A program made the position numbers and the translations under genes. The notes beneath the pieces were generated by a model. That model searched no databases, was not told where the DNA came from, and saw only the letters and a list, made by a program, of their open reading frames with translations. Of a stretch of DNA of 64,000 nucleotides, positions 11,423 through 21,968 are shown piece after piece (within the stretch, counting starts at the first letter, position 1; the number at the start of each line of letters is the position of its first letter). The stretch is from the NCBI RefSeq assembly GCF_000143415.4, contig NW_003314320.1:62001-126000 (forward strand), given 5' to 3'. The DNA is from Selaginella moellendorffii. Lineage: Eukaryota > Plantae > Lycopodiophyta.

Positions 11423-12914
11423 TGCTACGTTCTTCTTCGTGGTCTATCATCAAGAACACAAAGGTGAGTTCCAAGATTCACAAAGCAGCATACTGGAGGC
11501 AAACTTGAGGATTGATTTGTATGGCCAGAGCGCCAACTTGGAGCGGGCGGTGTCGCATTTCCACACCATCGCTCGCCCAAATGTCTACTCGTGGACGATC
11601 CTTCTCCAGGCTTATGCCGTAAATGGGCATCTCGAGGGAGCGCAGGCGACGTTTGAGAGAATGCCCGAGTGGAACGTCGTGTCCTGGACAGCCATGCTCC
11701 AAGCGCATGCCCAGCACGGTCATCTCTCGGATGCCAGACGGATTTTCGACTCCATGCTCGAGCGCAACGTCGTCTCCTGGAACTCGATGATCTCAGCTTA
11801 TGCAAAGCTTTCGTACCTGGAAGACGCCGAGGATCTCTTCGTGAGAATGCCGGAGCGAAGCGTAGCGTCGTGGAACATCCTTCTCTCGGCGTATAGCCAG
11901 TCCCGTGTCCTTGTAGACAAGGCCAGAGCTTTGTTCGACGCCATGGCTGGCGTACGGGACATCATCTCTTGGAACACCATGATCTTCGCTTACGTACGAA
12001 ACCATGGCTTCCTGGACAAGGCAAAGAGCTTGTTTGATCAGATGCCTGCACGAAATCTAGTGACTTACACTTGCCTGCTCGATGGATTCGCCAAAGCCGG
12101 GTATTTGGAAGAAGCAAAGCTGGTGTTTGACGCGATGCCGTGCTGGTTGACGGTGCCTTGGGCGTCGATGCTGCAAATGTATGCTCAACAGGGGCATTCC
12201 TCTCACGCGCTCGATTTTCTTTCTCGACTGCCTGAACTAGACGTGCTGCTCTCCAACATTCTTCTCTCGATGCACGCTCGCAACGGGCACACAGAGCTTG
12301 CGAAGATCACCTTCGACGGCATTCTCTACCCGGACGTTGTTTCCTGGACTGCTTTGCTGCAAGCTCATTGCGAGTACGAGTTTTCCTGCACAGAGACTCG
12401 CGTCAGCGATGGAGCAGAAGAGCTTTTCAAGGCACTACCTCACGACGTTCTCCACACTAGCAACGCGTGCTGGAACGTGTTGGTGACGGCCTGTGGACGC
12501 TTCGGGCGGGTCGAGCGCTGCAAGGAACTGTTCCATACGATGAGGATGGAGAGCGTGGAAACTGATGAGATAACGTACTCGGCTCTCGTAAAAGCTTGCA
12601 GCCATGCCGGCCTTGTTGCTGAAGCTCGTTGCTACCTTCATCTGATGCAAGAGCAAGGCGTGACGCCGCGGCTGGAGCATCTGTGCTGCATGGTCGACGT
12701 TACTGCGCGATCGGGATTCTTGTCAATCGCCGAGGAGCTCGTTCACAGTCTTCCGGTGCTACAAGACTCTCCTGTGGCTTGGGCTACGTTGCTGGCAGCT
12801 TACAAAAGCCATGGTCGTGTTCGCGGTGCCAAGTACTGCGCTGAGCGTGGCTTCGAGCTCGATCCTAGAGACAGTAGTCACCAAATTCTGCTCGCTAGCA
12901 TCTACTGCCAGTGA
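11400..12914 (+). CDS. PLS-class PPR protein (E domain, no DYW)
   Basis: Intronless ORF with RNVVSWNSMISAYA repeats, ACSHAGLV, HLCCMVDV and AWATLLAAY. The first in-frame ATG is at 11400; the true start is uncertain. Confidence 0.9.
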   Translation: MHCCSCNIATFFFVVYHQEHKGEFQDSQSSILEANLRIDLYGQSANLERAVSHFHTIARPNVYSWTILLQAYAVNGHLEGAQATFERMPEWNVVSWTAMLQAHAQHGHLSDARRIFDSMLERNVVSWNSMISAYAKLSYLEDAEDLFVRMPERSVASWNILLSAYSQSRVLVDKARALFDAMAGVRDIISWNTMIFAYVRNHGFLDKAKSLFDQMPARNLVTYTCLLDGFAKAGYLEEAKLVFDAMPCWLTVPWASMLQMYAQQGHSSHALDFLSRLPELDVLLSNILLSMHARNGHTELAKITFDGILYPDVVSWTALLQAHCEYEFSCTETRVSDGAEELFKALPHDVLHTSNACWNVLVTACGRFGRVERCKELFHTMRMESVETDEITYSALVKACSHAGLVAEARCYLHLMQEQGVTPRLEHLCCMVDVTARSGFLSIAEELVHSLPVLQDSPVAWATLLAAYKSHGRVRGAKYCAERGFELDPRDSSHQILLASIYCQ

Positions 12915-12930
12915 CTGCTAACCATGATGA

Positions 12931-14415
12931 TCACGTAGAGTTCCCGGAGTTGCAAGGGACATAACTTCGTCCCTTGAGTGCCTTGTCCATGAATTCTCTT
13001 AAGCTGATGCTCGAGCTCCCCTCCTCGCTAGCGGCAATCGCTGCTAGTCTCTTATACTCCCCGGCAATGCGCCGCATCTCAGCGCCTTCCACCATCACCA
13101 TCTTTACGGCATTCTCAATCTCCCCCCTATCCACGAAACCACTCGCATCCTCGTGGATCTCGACTCCGATTCTAAGCCCGTCCACCACAAACCGGCACGT
13201 CGTCGGTTGATCCGAGATCAAAGGCCAGCAAACCATTGGCACACCCGCCAAGCAAACGCACTCCAGCACGGAATTCCAGCCGCAGTGTGTCACAAATCCC
13301 CCAGTTGCCTGGTGCTTGAGAATCTCCTGTTGAGGCGCCCAAGTCGTGACGATCAAACCACGTCCAGGGGCGATCACCCTGCTCTCGAATCCCTGTGGCA
13401 GCAAGCTCCCAATGCTGGATCCTGGAGCGAGCCTCACCACCCACAGGAAGAAACAGCCGCTGGATTCTAATGCTTGCGCAAGCTCCGTTATCTGATCGTC
13501 CACCAGAACCTCCCAGCTGCCGAAGCTCACGTAGAGAACAGAGGATTCCGGTTTGGAATCCAGCCACTCCATGCACGCATTCTTCTCGGCCCCGTACACC
13601 GCACATCTGCTATCACTTTCCGAGCCGGAAAAGCCAGTCACTATGAGCGGCCCAACAGTGAACAAGCTCGTCCCGGGGAGAATCTCTTCTCGAAGCGCAT
13701 CGACGGCCGAAGATTCGAGCTCGTAGAAAGTGTTGAGTAGCACACCGTCGGATTCCACAGTTTTTCGGTGCCAGAGTTCTACCCGGGGATGATATTGGTC
13801 CCTGGAATCCCATATATACTGCGAAATATCGTGCTGGGAGAGATCCGGGACGCCAGGAACAGCGATCTTCTTCTCGCGGGGATCTTTGGCTGGCAAGATC
13901 GCCATCTCCACGAGCTTCTTGCAAAAATACGCCACAGCCATGAAATTCGCAGGGTCCGTGTAGAGCACATACCTCGCCAGATCTAGATCGCGAGCTGGAG
14001 CGGCAGTCCACGGCAGCGAGAAATCGGCCACAAGGCAGACCGGAGGCGATGGAGAGGCGAGAAGATCTGCGAGGAGCTCTCGAAGCGCCGATTCTGGATC
14101 CATGGAACCTGCTGCTGCCTTAGGCGATCGCCGCGATCGATCCTTGTGCATCCTTGCGCTGACGGATCCGCCAGTCAGCCATGGCGGATCCTCGCACAGA
14201 TTAGCCGCGTCTAAGACAGCGAGCTCCACGTCCAGCCCTGAGAAGAATGTTGCTTCCTGGATGGAATTCCGAGCTCCAGCGTTCTGGAAGACGACTGTGA
14301 CCGATATTTCACCTGTAGAAGCTAGCGATCGAGCGAGGCCCATCATCGGGATCATGTGGCCCCTTCCAAGCGCAGCGCAAAGCACCATTTGGGGCTTCTT
14401 CCGCCATCGCCCCAT
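12931..14415 (-). CDS. Family-1 UDP-glycosyltransferase
   Basis: Catalytic GRGHMIP and PSPG box WAPQQEILKHQATGGFVTHCGWNSVLE..AGVPMVCWPLISDQ; intronless, 494 aa. Confidence 0.96.
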   Translation of the reverse strand: MGRWRKKPQMVLCAALGRGHMIPMMGLARSLASTGEISVTVVFQNAGARNSIQEATFFSGLDVELAVLDAANLCEDPPWLTGGSVSARMHKDRSRRSPKAAAGSMDPESALRELLADLLASPSPPVCLVADFSLPWTAAPARDLDLARYVLYTDPANFMAVAYFCKKLVEMAILPAKDPREKKIAVPGVPDLSQHDISQYIWDSRDQYHPRVELWHRKTVESDGVLLNTFYELESSAVDALREEILPGTSLFTVGPLIVTGFSGSESDSRCAVYGAEKNACMEWLDSKPESSVLYVSFGSWEVLVDDQITELAQALESSGCFFLWVVRLAPGSSIGSLLPQGFESRVIAPGRGLIVTTWAPQQEILKHQATGGFVTHCGWNSVLECVCLAGVPMVCWPLISDQPTTCRFVVDGLRIGVEIHEDASGFVDRGEIENAVKMVMVEGAEMRRIAGEYKRLAAIAASEEGSSSISLREFMDKALKGRSYVPCNSGNST

Positions 14416-14550
14416 TCAACGCTAGGGCAAAATGCTCGGCATTTTCAAAGTGATTTTTAAACGGCTAGTTAGACGAATGGAAGCCTGACATCTGTCAAAC
14501 CCTTCAAATAAGATGCTGACACGTGTCCTGCCGAGAGAACTGGATGGCTA

Positions 14551-15226
14551 ATGGCCATGGCACAGTGTCTTTCGCTTACCTCTCTAGGACCTTTGTTTCG
14601 CAAGAGTAAGAAGGCTGAGCTCCATTCTCCAGTAAGTTCTAAATCTTTGATAGCTCGCAAGGATGGAGAATTAGCAGTAGTATCCAAGCGTGGAGTGGCC
14701 ACTGGCGTTTGCCTCTTTGCCATGGTAACAACACTGTGTTGTTCTAGCGCTCTTGCTGAGATCTCGGAAAAAGACACTTACAACAACGTTCCTCGGGACA
14801 TTCAAGGTTGTCAATGAGAAAAGCAATCTTTCAGCTTGCCTGTATCGAGTGCTCATTCCCAGTCGGGTTTTAAACGCTTAGGCTCGGAGAAAGCGGCCAG
14901 GATCCAAAGACCAATCTCTCCCAAGGCCGAGAGATGCACACAAAAGTGTGTGTCGACTTGCATCGCAGGAGGAGCTGGAGGACCGGGAGAAGGGCCCCTA
15001 AACATCAGAAGGTAATGCACGATTTTAGTTCTTATCTAGTGATCCTACGAAAGAACTGTGTTTCCTTACAGACCTCTGGTTGTCTTCAAGGATGGCTTTC
15101 GAACTCGCAAGTACTGGTAAGCTTTGCTACGTTGAGCTCTCGATTTCGATTTTTTGCCTCTTTGCCAGCTTGGTTGAGTGTAGTGACATTTGTAATCTTC
15201 TCAAGGACCGTGACGATGGCCCATGA
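14551..15226 (+). CDS. Conserved plant Cys-rich protein, probably plastid/thylakoid-targeted (4 exons)
   Basis: Transit-peptide-like N-terminus ending A-L-A. The spliced product continues RIQRPISPKAERCTQKCVSTCIAGGAGGPGEGPLNIRRPLVVFKDGFRTRKYCLVECSDICNLLKDRDDGP* via canonical GT-AG introns. Confidence 0.75.
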
Positions 15227-15589
15227 TGAATCAGTAGAAGCTGGTACAAAAGGTAGAAATGTAGACTATGTTAACAGCTTATAAATACATCAAAGTTTTT
15301 CGATTTTTAGTTGCCCGACCTGAGGAAATCCTCCGAAAACTGGTTACTTGTACGAAAACACTATCGTGAAATAACTGAAAAATGAACAAAAAATCACCTT
15401 GACAAAAAATTCTATCAAGTTGTAATGTACTTGCAATGACAAGTACAGTAGTACTCGTCATTAGTCTTGAAGAATTTTCTTTCTAAGATCCCCGTGCCAA
15501 TCTGCTTCATAGAACTGGAAGATGAAGAGCACAGGGAAAACCTCCTTCTAGAAAACCTGCTTCTAGAACAGGAAGACCACTGCTGAATT

Positions 15590-15775
15590 TTAATCCTAAG
15601 TCACACCCATGAATTCATCTTTATCATCATGTTCTCCTTGCTCCTCTTTAATCCGATCTTCACCATCTCCATCTTTGCCCCCATTGTGCTTGTGCTTCAC
15701 TTCATCACGATGTGTCTCATCATCCTCTTGAGAGCTCTCTCGACTTTGACCTTTGGCCGAGACTCAGCCAGAGAT
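15590..15775 (-). pseudogene. Degraded copy of the 3' part of the Lys-rich gene (~20130-20330)
   Basis: Shares tctcatcatcctcttgagagctctctcgactttg and gatcttcaccat with 20215-20325, with many deletions. Confidence 0.75.
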
Positions 15776-17838
15776 CGATCAGCGAAGATCCTTTCTTTTT
15801 CTTCTTCATGACATTTGCCTTGCGCTGCTCTTGATTTGCTCCATGAACACAGTGAGTGGTCACAAGATAATACTAGATTCTTACCAAATTCTGCTTGTTA
15901 GCGTCTACAGTCTTGAATATAGTTATGTACTTTATTGATTTTTGGTTGATATTAATAAATTGCAAAACATATAATAAATTGCTATGCATAGCAGCATTTA
16001 GTTTGCTTAATAGTAATGTTATTCTTACTTATTAATCCAATTGATCAAATAAAATTTGTAATTATAAGCATGTTTGTAATTTATAAATACAAGATTAATC
16101 TTATTGCATTAGATGATAGAATAAAAAAGAATATACTAGAAAGGGTTTAAAAAAGTTTATAAATTATAAATACAAAATTAATCTAAACGAATAAAAACCA
16201 TTAGATGGTAAAATATTCTAAAATATCCAAATATATTTTAGGTATATCCACTACCATCTCAGTCCCTTTACATATTTGCTTAAACAAACCAAAAATAAGA
16301 TTAGAGTTTGAGGTTGAATGAGAGACCACAATTAAGTATTAATACAAGTCATAAGGTAAAAACCCAAAGCAATTGTCCCCCAAGGGAGGGGCTGCAAGGT
16401 TTTAAAAGTGTAATAAGGATAATAACGTTAAAGAATTAGTCTTGATTGTATACTCATTTGTTTAAAACTTATTTTATTTTTATAGACCTCTTTTAGTCTT
16501 TTGGATTACATAAAACCTCCATATCATAGGCAATTTCTCTTGCTAATGCACTGTTATTGATTAACTATTTTTTTGGGCTTAGATTAACAAAGACATGCTG
16601 TACCATGGAAGCTGGACATGTCCATTGGCAAGAGAAGAAACTTTTGCTCAAGTCCCTGAGGTGGAAGCAAGAGCTCGATAGGGGAATAATTTTAGCAAAA
16701 GAGAAAGGTGCATGACAATAAATTGACAATGATGGTGGTGCTGCAGACCAAGCGTAAATCTCATGTACAAGTATCAGAAAAGAGATTCGATTGCTATTTT
16801 CGCTTTGTGATTCACGAGTTTGTTCGAGTGTTTGTAGACAATTCATAAATGTGCCATTTTTTGCTCTGCATCTTTCAATACTTCCTTTTTTGTTTGTTTA
16901 CCTGTTTTTAATGCAGTAAAAAGATCCTCGTGCGCCTCATGGCGTTTTTTTTCCTTTCTTGCGAGCATTGAACTTTGGTACAGATAAATTCGAGCTCCAC
17001 GATGTTGGGCTGCTGCGCTGCTCCGGCTGGAAGAAGAATCGGCGGGTCTAGTGCTGCTCCTCTCGCTAGCTCGGTGTTGGCCTTGACGAGCAGGTACCTA
17101 TACCCGGCTCTAAATTTGCTTGTGCCAGAGCTTCGATGGTTTCTTCTTGATCCATACCACTATGATATCGTCGTCGTTGTCGTTCGTCGGTCGAAGGAGC
17201 TCAGATGCAAGTCCGGGAAACTGAGGCCAATGCTCGTACAGGAGGCGCTCGTTTCAAAATGTGGTGTGTCGTATGGAGCGGACTTTTTAAGTCGTCGCGA
17301 CCACAGAGGTGTCTTTGAGCGTGAACATGGCAATGTGGTAGAGCACGAACGTGTGTACTCCCGAGCCGGTAGAATCACTTAAGACTTCAAGAGAGAAAAA
17401 ATATAAGAAATCCGAAAACTTACCTATCCCGATCGAAGATCCACCATACAGCGAAACGAAAATATAGCCAGGCTTCCTCCATTACCTGCGAGAGAAGAAT
17501 CGAGCTTTCATGAAGATCGCATACCCGCTGACAACCAGTAGATGTGCATCCCGACGCGAAAAAGGAACAAGAGGAACGTCAAGTCTTGCAGCGTAGATCC
17601 AGATTCCAAATCCATGTTGAAGCATGGCCAGTAAGAAAAATTTCGTGGCTGCTTTGTGAGTGCGAGCTGCTCGCGTTGTCTGGTACATGCATCCTCTTCA
17701 ACTTGAACCGTTCTGAAAGTGAGCTCTAATGAGCTCTAGGCTCGGCTCGCAAAGAATACTACTACTCATGATCCATGAAGAGAGCTTTGCTCATATAAAA
17801 AATTACTACTAGTCTACTACTAGAGCTTGGAGACGAAG

Positions 17839-18842
17839 TCACTCGACTAGACTAAACATACTGACAAACTTTGCAGGACCAAACCTGGGTGCAAGTGAAT
17901 CAAACACATCAGCCGGGAAGCCAGAGAGCACGCTGTCGGGACTGATGGAGTCTCCTTCCTCTTTTATGCACGCATCTGGATCAAGGCACAAGAGCGGCAG
18001 CTTCTCCCATTGCGGTGGACTGCCAGCCAAAAATCCCGAAAGGTCACTACAACAAAAGGTAGCACCACCTTGCTGCTGCTGTTGTTGATCTTGCTGATGT
18101 TGGTGTTGAGCTGGAGGGGTGCCAGTTGTGGCTGCTGCTGCTGCTGCTGCTGCCACTGCCGCAGCATTCGAGTTTGAGAAATCTGTATCCGGAAACGGAT
18201 AGTCGGGTGGCCCAATGTCCGGCAACTTTGCAGTCAAGACATCTTCCATGTCTTCCAAGTCACCAAAGGCTTGCAAACTCTGCCTACTTGGTTTCCACTC
18301 ATCAGATTGCCCCTTGAAGGTGTTGTCCTCCTCTTCGTTCCCGAAGAAGAGAGGCGGGCCAAAACTCTGAAAGGGTGATGACAACAGCGTGGGAGAGCAC
18401 GAAGGACTTGGGACCTGTGTTTGTGTGAAGGAAAAAAAAAAAAAACATTTTGGTAGCGGCAAAAAAGAAGAAAAGAAGCAAAGCTTTTTCCACTCTTTTT
18501 ATTTGTGTTCCTAGATCAAGTTACAAGTGGTTTGCTTCTACCTGGAACGCAGAGAACTCGTTGAGGGGCTCTTTGTTCATGTCATGCAAGTCGAGGCTGG
18601 AGCAATCGCCTTTCCCGGACGGCGTCTTTGGCCGCTGGAGCGCCCTGAGGAGTCGCTTTTGCCTGGTGCTCCAAAAGTTCTTGACATCGTTATCGGTGCG
18701 TCCTGGAAGGCACGACGCGATCTTGGCCCACTTGTTGCCAAGTTTCGATTGCATTTCCACCACAAGCTTTTCTTCTTCGGGGGAGAATTTACACCCACTT
18801 CTGAGACAAAAGAAAAATCACATTCAAAGCTTATATACATAT

Positions 18843-18877
<35 letters not shown>

Positions 18878-19115
18878 TCTTTCCATGAGCACGGAATGAA
18901 AGAATGGAAAACCTTTTCAAGTCGGGCTTGAGCTTGTTGACCCAGCGCAAGCGGCAGGATTTCCCAGTGCGTGGGAGGAGGCCTTTGGAACGAATGGAGC
19001 TCCAATCCCGAGGCCCATATTGACGTACATACTCTACCAATATCTCGTCCTCTTCGGGCATCCATGGCCCCTTCCTCAACACCTCATCCCCTACCTGGAC
19101 TGTCTTAATACTCAT
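17839..19115 (-). CDS. DUO1: DUO1-type R2R3-MYB transcription factor (male germline regulator), 3 exons
   Basis: KGPW...YGPRDWSSIRSKGLLPRTGKSCRLRWVNKLKPDLK/SGCKFSPEEE...NFWSTRQKRL, including the DUO1-type GCKFS linker, and a C-terminal acidic SPDSVLSGFPADVFDSL segment. The start codon is approximate. Confidence 0.88.
18847..18876. repeat. (TG)n microsatellite in a MYB intron
   Basis: Run of tgtgtg repeats. Confidence 0.95.
18984..19004 (-). promoter_or_regulatory. miR159/miR319-family target site in the DUO1 CDS
   Basis: mRNA-sense TGGAGCTCCATTCGTTCCAAA at the WSSIRSK codons, nearly complementary to miR159 UUUGGAUUGAAGGGAGCUCUA. Confidence 0.6.
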
Positions 19116-19334
19116 TCTCCTGCCTAAACGAGCCAAAAAGTAGCCGATTCCTATCGCCCCTCTCTCCGAGCACTTAGATCCAAGAACGCCGGTGACAGTT
19201 ACAGACTGGAATATCCACCACAGATATTCTGAATTAAAAAGGGAATAAAATTCCAGTTTACTTATTCCGCTTCCGAGCCGTCAGATTCCAGCCTCCTGCC
19301 AACTTCTTGCATGAAAAAATTCGCAGCGTGCACG

Positions 19335-19860
19335 TACCTCGCCAGATGTAGATCGCGAGCTGGAGCGGCAGTCCACGGGTTGTCAATGAGAAAAAAAAAG
19401 AAGCAATTTTTCAGCTTGCCTGTATCGAGTGCTCATTCCCGGTCGGGTTTTAAACGCTCAGGCTCCGAGAAAGCGGCCAGGATCCAAAGACCAATCTTTC
19501 CCAAGGCCGAGAGAGGCACACAAAAGTGTGTGGCGACTTGCATCACAGGGCCCCTGACCATGCGAAGGTAATGAAAGGTTTTAGTTCTTCTTGTAATGCT
19601 CCTAGAAAAGAACAATGCAAATTTCTTTACAGACCTCAAGGATGGCTTTCGAACTCGCAAGTACTGGTTAGCTTTGCTGCATTCATCTCGGACGAAATAT
19701 CTTGCCTCTTTGGCAGCTTGATTGAGTGCAGTGCCATTTGAAATCTTCTCAAGGACCGTGACGATGCGGTTACTTAAACGAAAACACTTACCAGCAATTG
19801 GAAAACACTATCGTGAAAGAACTCAAAAAATGGTATCACCCTGACAAAAAATCTATAAGA
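19335..19860 (+). pseudogene. Chimeric decayed copy: a UGT fragment (~13970-14013) fused to intron 1 through the 3' flank of the 14551 gene
   Basis: cctcgccagatgtagatcgcgagctggagcggcagtccacgg is joined directly to gttgtcaatgagaa...gcggccaggatccaaagacc...gaactcgcaagtactgg...ctcaaggaccgtgacgatg. Introns are retained and there are internal deletions. Confidence 0.85.
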
Positions 19861-20093
19861 AACTCTAGCAGCTTGTAACTTGTAATGGGAGTTACGTACT
19901 TGTGAATAAGGATGGCGTCTCACCGTAGTCTGGAAAAGAAGAACATCAACAGTTTATAGCACTAAAAGCAAGCCACAATACCATCAAGGCTTTTCCCTGG
20001 GTGCGCTCGAAGAAGTTCCAAACTGCATCGTAGACAATTAACTCTAAAGATAAAAGAGCACAGAGAAAACCTTACCTTGCAAGTTCTAATCTC

Positions 20094-21077
20094 TTACGAG
20101 AAGATGAAAACCCACTTCCACTGCTTGAGCAAGGATTTTAATCCAAAGTTACGCCCCCGAATCTTCTTCACCGTGTAGAACTTCTTCTTCCTCCTCCCTC
20201 GCTTAAATCCCCTCCGGATCTTCACCATGTCCACATCTTTGTCCGCCTTCATTCGATCGCGCTTGCGCTTCACTTTGGTCACGATGCGTCTCATCATCCT
20301 CTTGAGAGCTCTCTCGACTTTGGCCTTGCTACCTCTCTTGATAGTTCCTCTCAAGAACGCCATGACGCTCATCTGCTTCACTTTCTTCTTCTTCTTCTTC
20401 GTCTTTTTCTTCTTCTTCTTCTTCTTTTTCTTCGTTTTCTTCTTCTTCTCGGCCACCTCCGGCTGTGGAGCTCCTCCACTAACAACTATGGCAGTGGAAG
20501 TCGACGCAGACGGCATGGCGGTGGCAGCACTCACTGGAACGAGAGCTTGCTCCGCGCTGCCGATTGGAATCGGTCGTGAGCTTCGCTTAGACCTCTTCCT
20601 CGTAGATTCATGGACTTTCTTCTGCGCTGCCATGGAGATTTGCGACCACTCCTCGGCATGGTCTTGGCCGTGCTCGACATGCCAATCCTTCTTCAAGACC
20701 TCTTCTTTCGCCGCCGGTGGCTTGTCCAGCAACGAAGACCTCCTCTTAATCTCAACAACAGCGCCGCCGCCGCCGCCGCTCGTCGAGGGCTGATCGCTGC
20801 CTTTCGCCTGCTCGCTCGATTCATCCGGTCGGCTGCCAGCGTCAGCGATCGGACTAAAGCTCGAGAACCAGATCATCGGCTGCTGGACGACGGGCTCCCT
20901 GTCCGCCTCGAAGATCCTCACATCCTCCGATTCGGCAAAGCTTACGCGCTTCCTCGGCGGCGGCGCGGCGGGGAGAACTGGAGAGGAGTACCTGAATTTC
21001 GGGACGTCGGGCCTGCTGCTCCGCTCAAGCAGGCTCAATCGCCTCGCCGGGGGCGGCGGCGGCTTCTCGTCCGCCAT
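20094..21077 (-). CDS. Lys-rich, low-complexity protein of unknown function with an RVxF motif
   Basis: ~327-aa ORF starting MADEKPPPP, containing RKRVSFAESEDVRIF, a poly-K tract and a basic C-terminus. The 3' end may be spliced. Confidence 0.65.
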   Translation of the reverse strand: MADEKPPPPPARRLSLLERSSRPDVPKFRYSSPVLPAAPPPRKRVSFAESEDVRIFEADREPVVQQPMIWFSSFSPIADAGSRPDESSEQAKGSDQPSTSGGGGGAVVEIKRRSSLLDKPPAAKEEVLKKDWHVEHGQDHAEEWSQISMAAQKKVHESTRKRSKRSSRPIPIGSAEQALVPVSAATAMPSASTSTAIVVSGGAPQPEVAEKKKKTKKKKKKKKKKTKKKKKKVKQMSVMAFLRGTIKRGSKAKVERALKRMMRRIVTKVKRKRDRMKADKDVDMVKIRRGFKRGRRKKKFYTVKKIRGRNFGLKSLLKQWKWVFIFS

Positions 21078-21247
21078 TCTCCCCCCAAAACTCGATTGAT
21101 TCACGCGACCATTTATAGGGTTCTTGAATAACTGATGAGACGAATATTCGCTAGCTTTAAGCGGCGCCGCTTATTTTCGTTTGCCCCTTTAGTTTTTAAA
21201 GCGGCGGCGCCGCTAATCGCCCTCCCATCTTTTAGGGTTTATCAGGT

Positions 21248-21594
21248 ATGTCGCAGGACGCATCGCGAGTGATCCGATCGTTCCGCCCTTCGGGGCCTAT
21301 GTTCCCGATGAAGGCCGTGCCCGCCGTGCTGGGCTCCTTCGTCTTTGCCTACGTTTGCCAGGATCTCATCTCCAATCGCAAGATCTTTGGAGGCAAGTGA
21401 AATTTCTCCCCGCCCTAATTCTCCCTGGAACGCGCATTCGATTCTCTGTGGCAGGCACCACTCCGCGCACCATGACGCCCGAGTGGATCGCCGAGACGGA
21501 GAGGAGGTACGATGAGGGCTGGCCGCGCACGGCGTCGGAGAATCCAGTCGTGATGAACCCTATTTCTCGAAGGAACTGGCGCAAGGTGGAGTAA
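21248..21594 (+). CDS. OZI1: DUF1138/OZI1-like protein (plant complex IV subunit COX-X2/COX4-like), 2 exons
   Basis: VLGSFVFAYVCQDLISNRKIFG/GTTPRT..EW..ET....WPRTA..PVVMNPISRRN; GC-AG intron 21393-21454. Confidence 0.8.
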
Positions 21595-21968
21595 AACGAA
21601 GAGAGAGCTCGAGAAATAAACAATGTAGCCCAGGTGCTTAAGCTCTTAAGACGAGGTTTTGTTTTGCTTTGTGTCAATCTAATCCGATAACGCAAATTCG
21701 TGGTCGAGAAGTGGAATATTGGAGGGGAATCAATATTTAATTTGCAGCCATTGTGCGCATGCCACCTGGCGTGTGTTCTCCACCCTTCCTGGCCTGAGAA
21801 TAGTGCCACGTGTGCGCCGCGTGATCCAGCCGCGCGGTTTTGCTGCGCGGTTTGCACAATGTGTGCCTGAGAACCACGCGATTGTGTTTTTATCTTGTGT
21901 CTAGAAGAAGCGCCACTCCCCCTCTCGCAATACCTAGCTCTCCCAGCGCTCTCCCTCGCTCGCTCGCA

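Noticed and set aside
16560-17730. Short ORFs and splice-like signals between the 14551 gene and DUO1
   Set aside because: I could not assemble a consistent open frame or recognise a family. It may be a decayed gene but is unsupported.
9212-21594. Complex IV gene cluster (COX5C plus OZI1/COX-X2)
   Set aside because: Two small genes 12 kb apart with unrelated genes between and no shared element seen.
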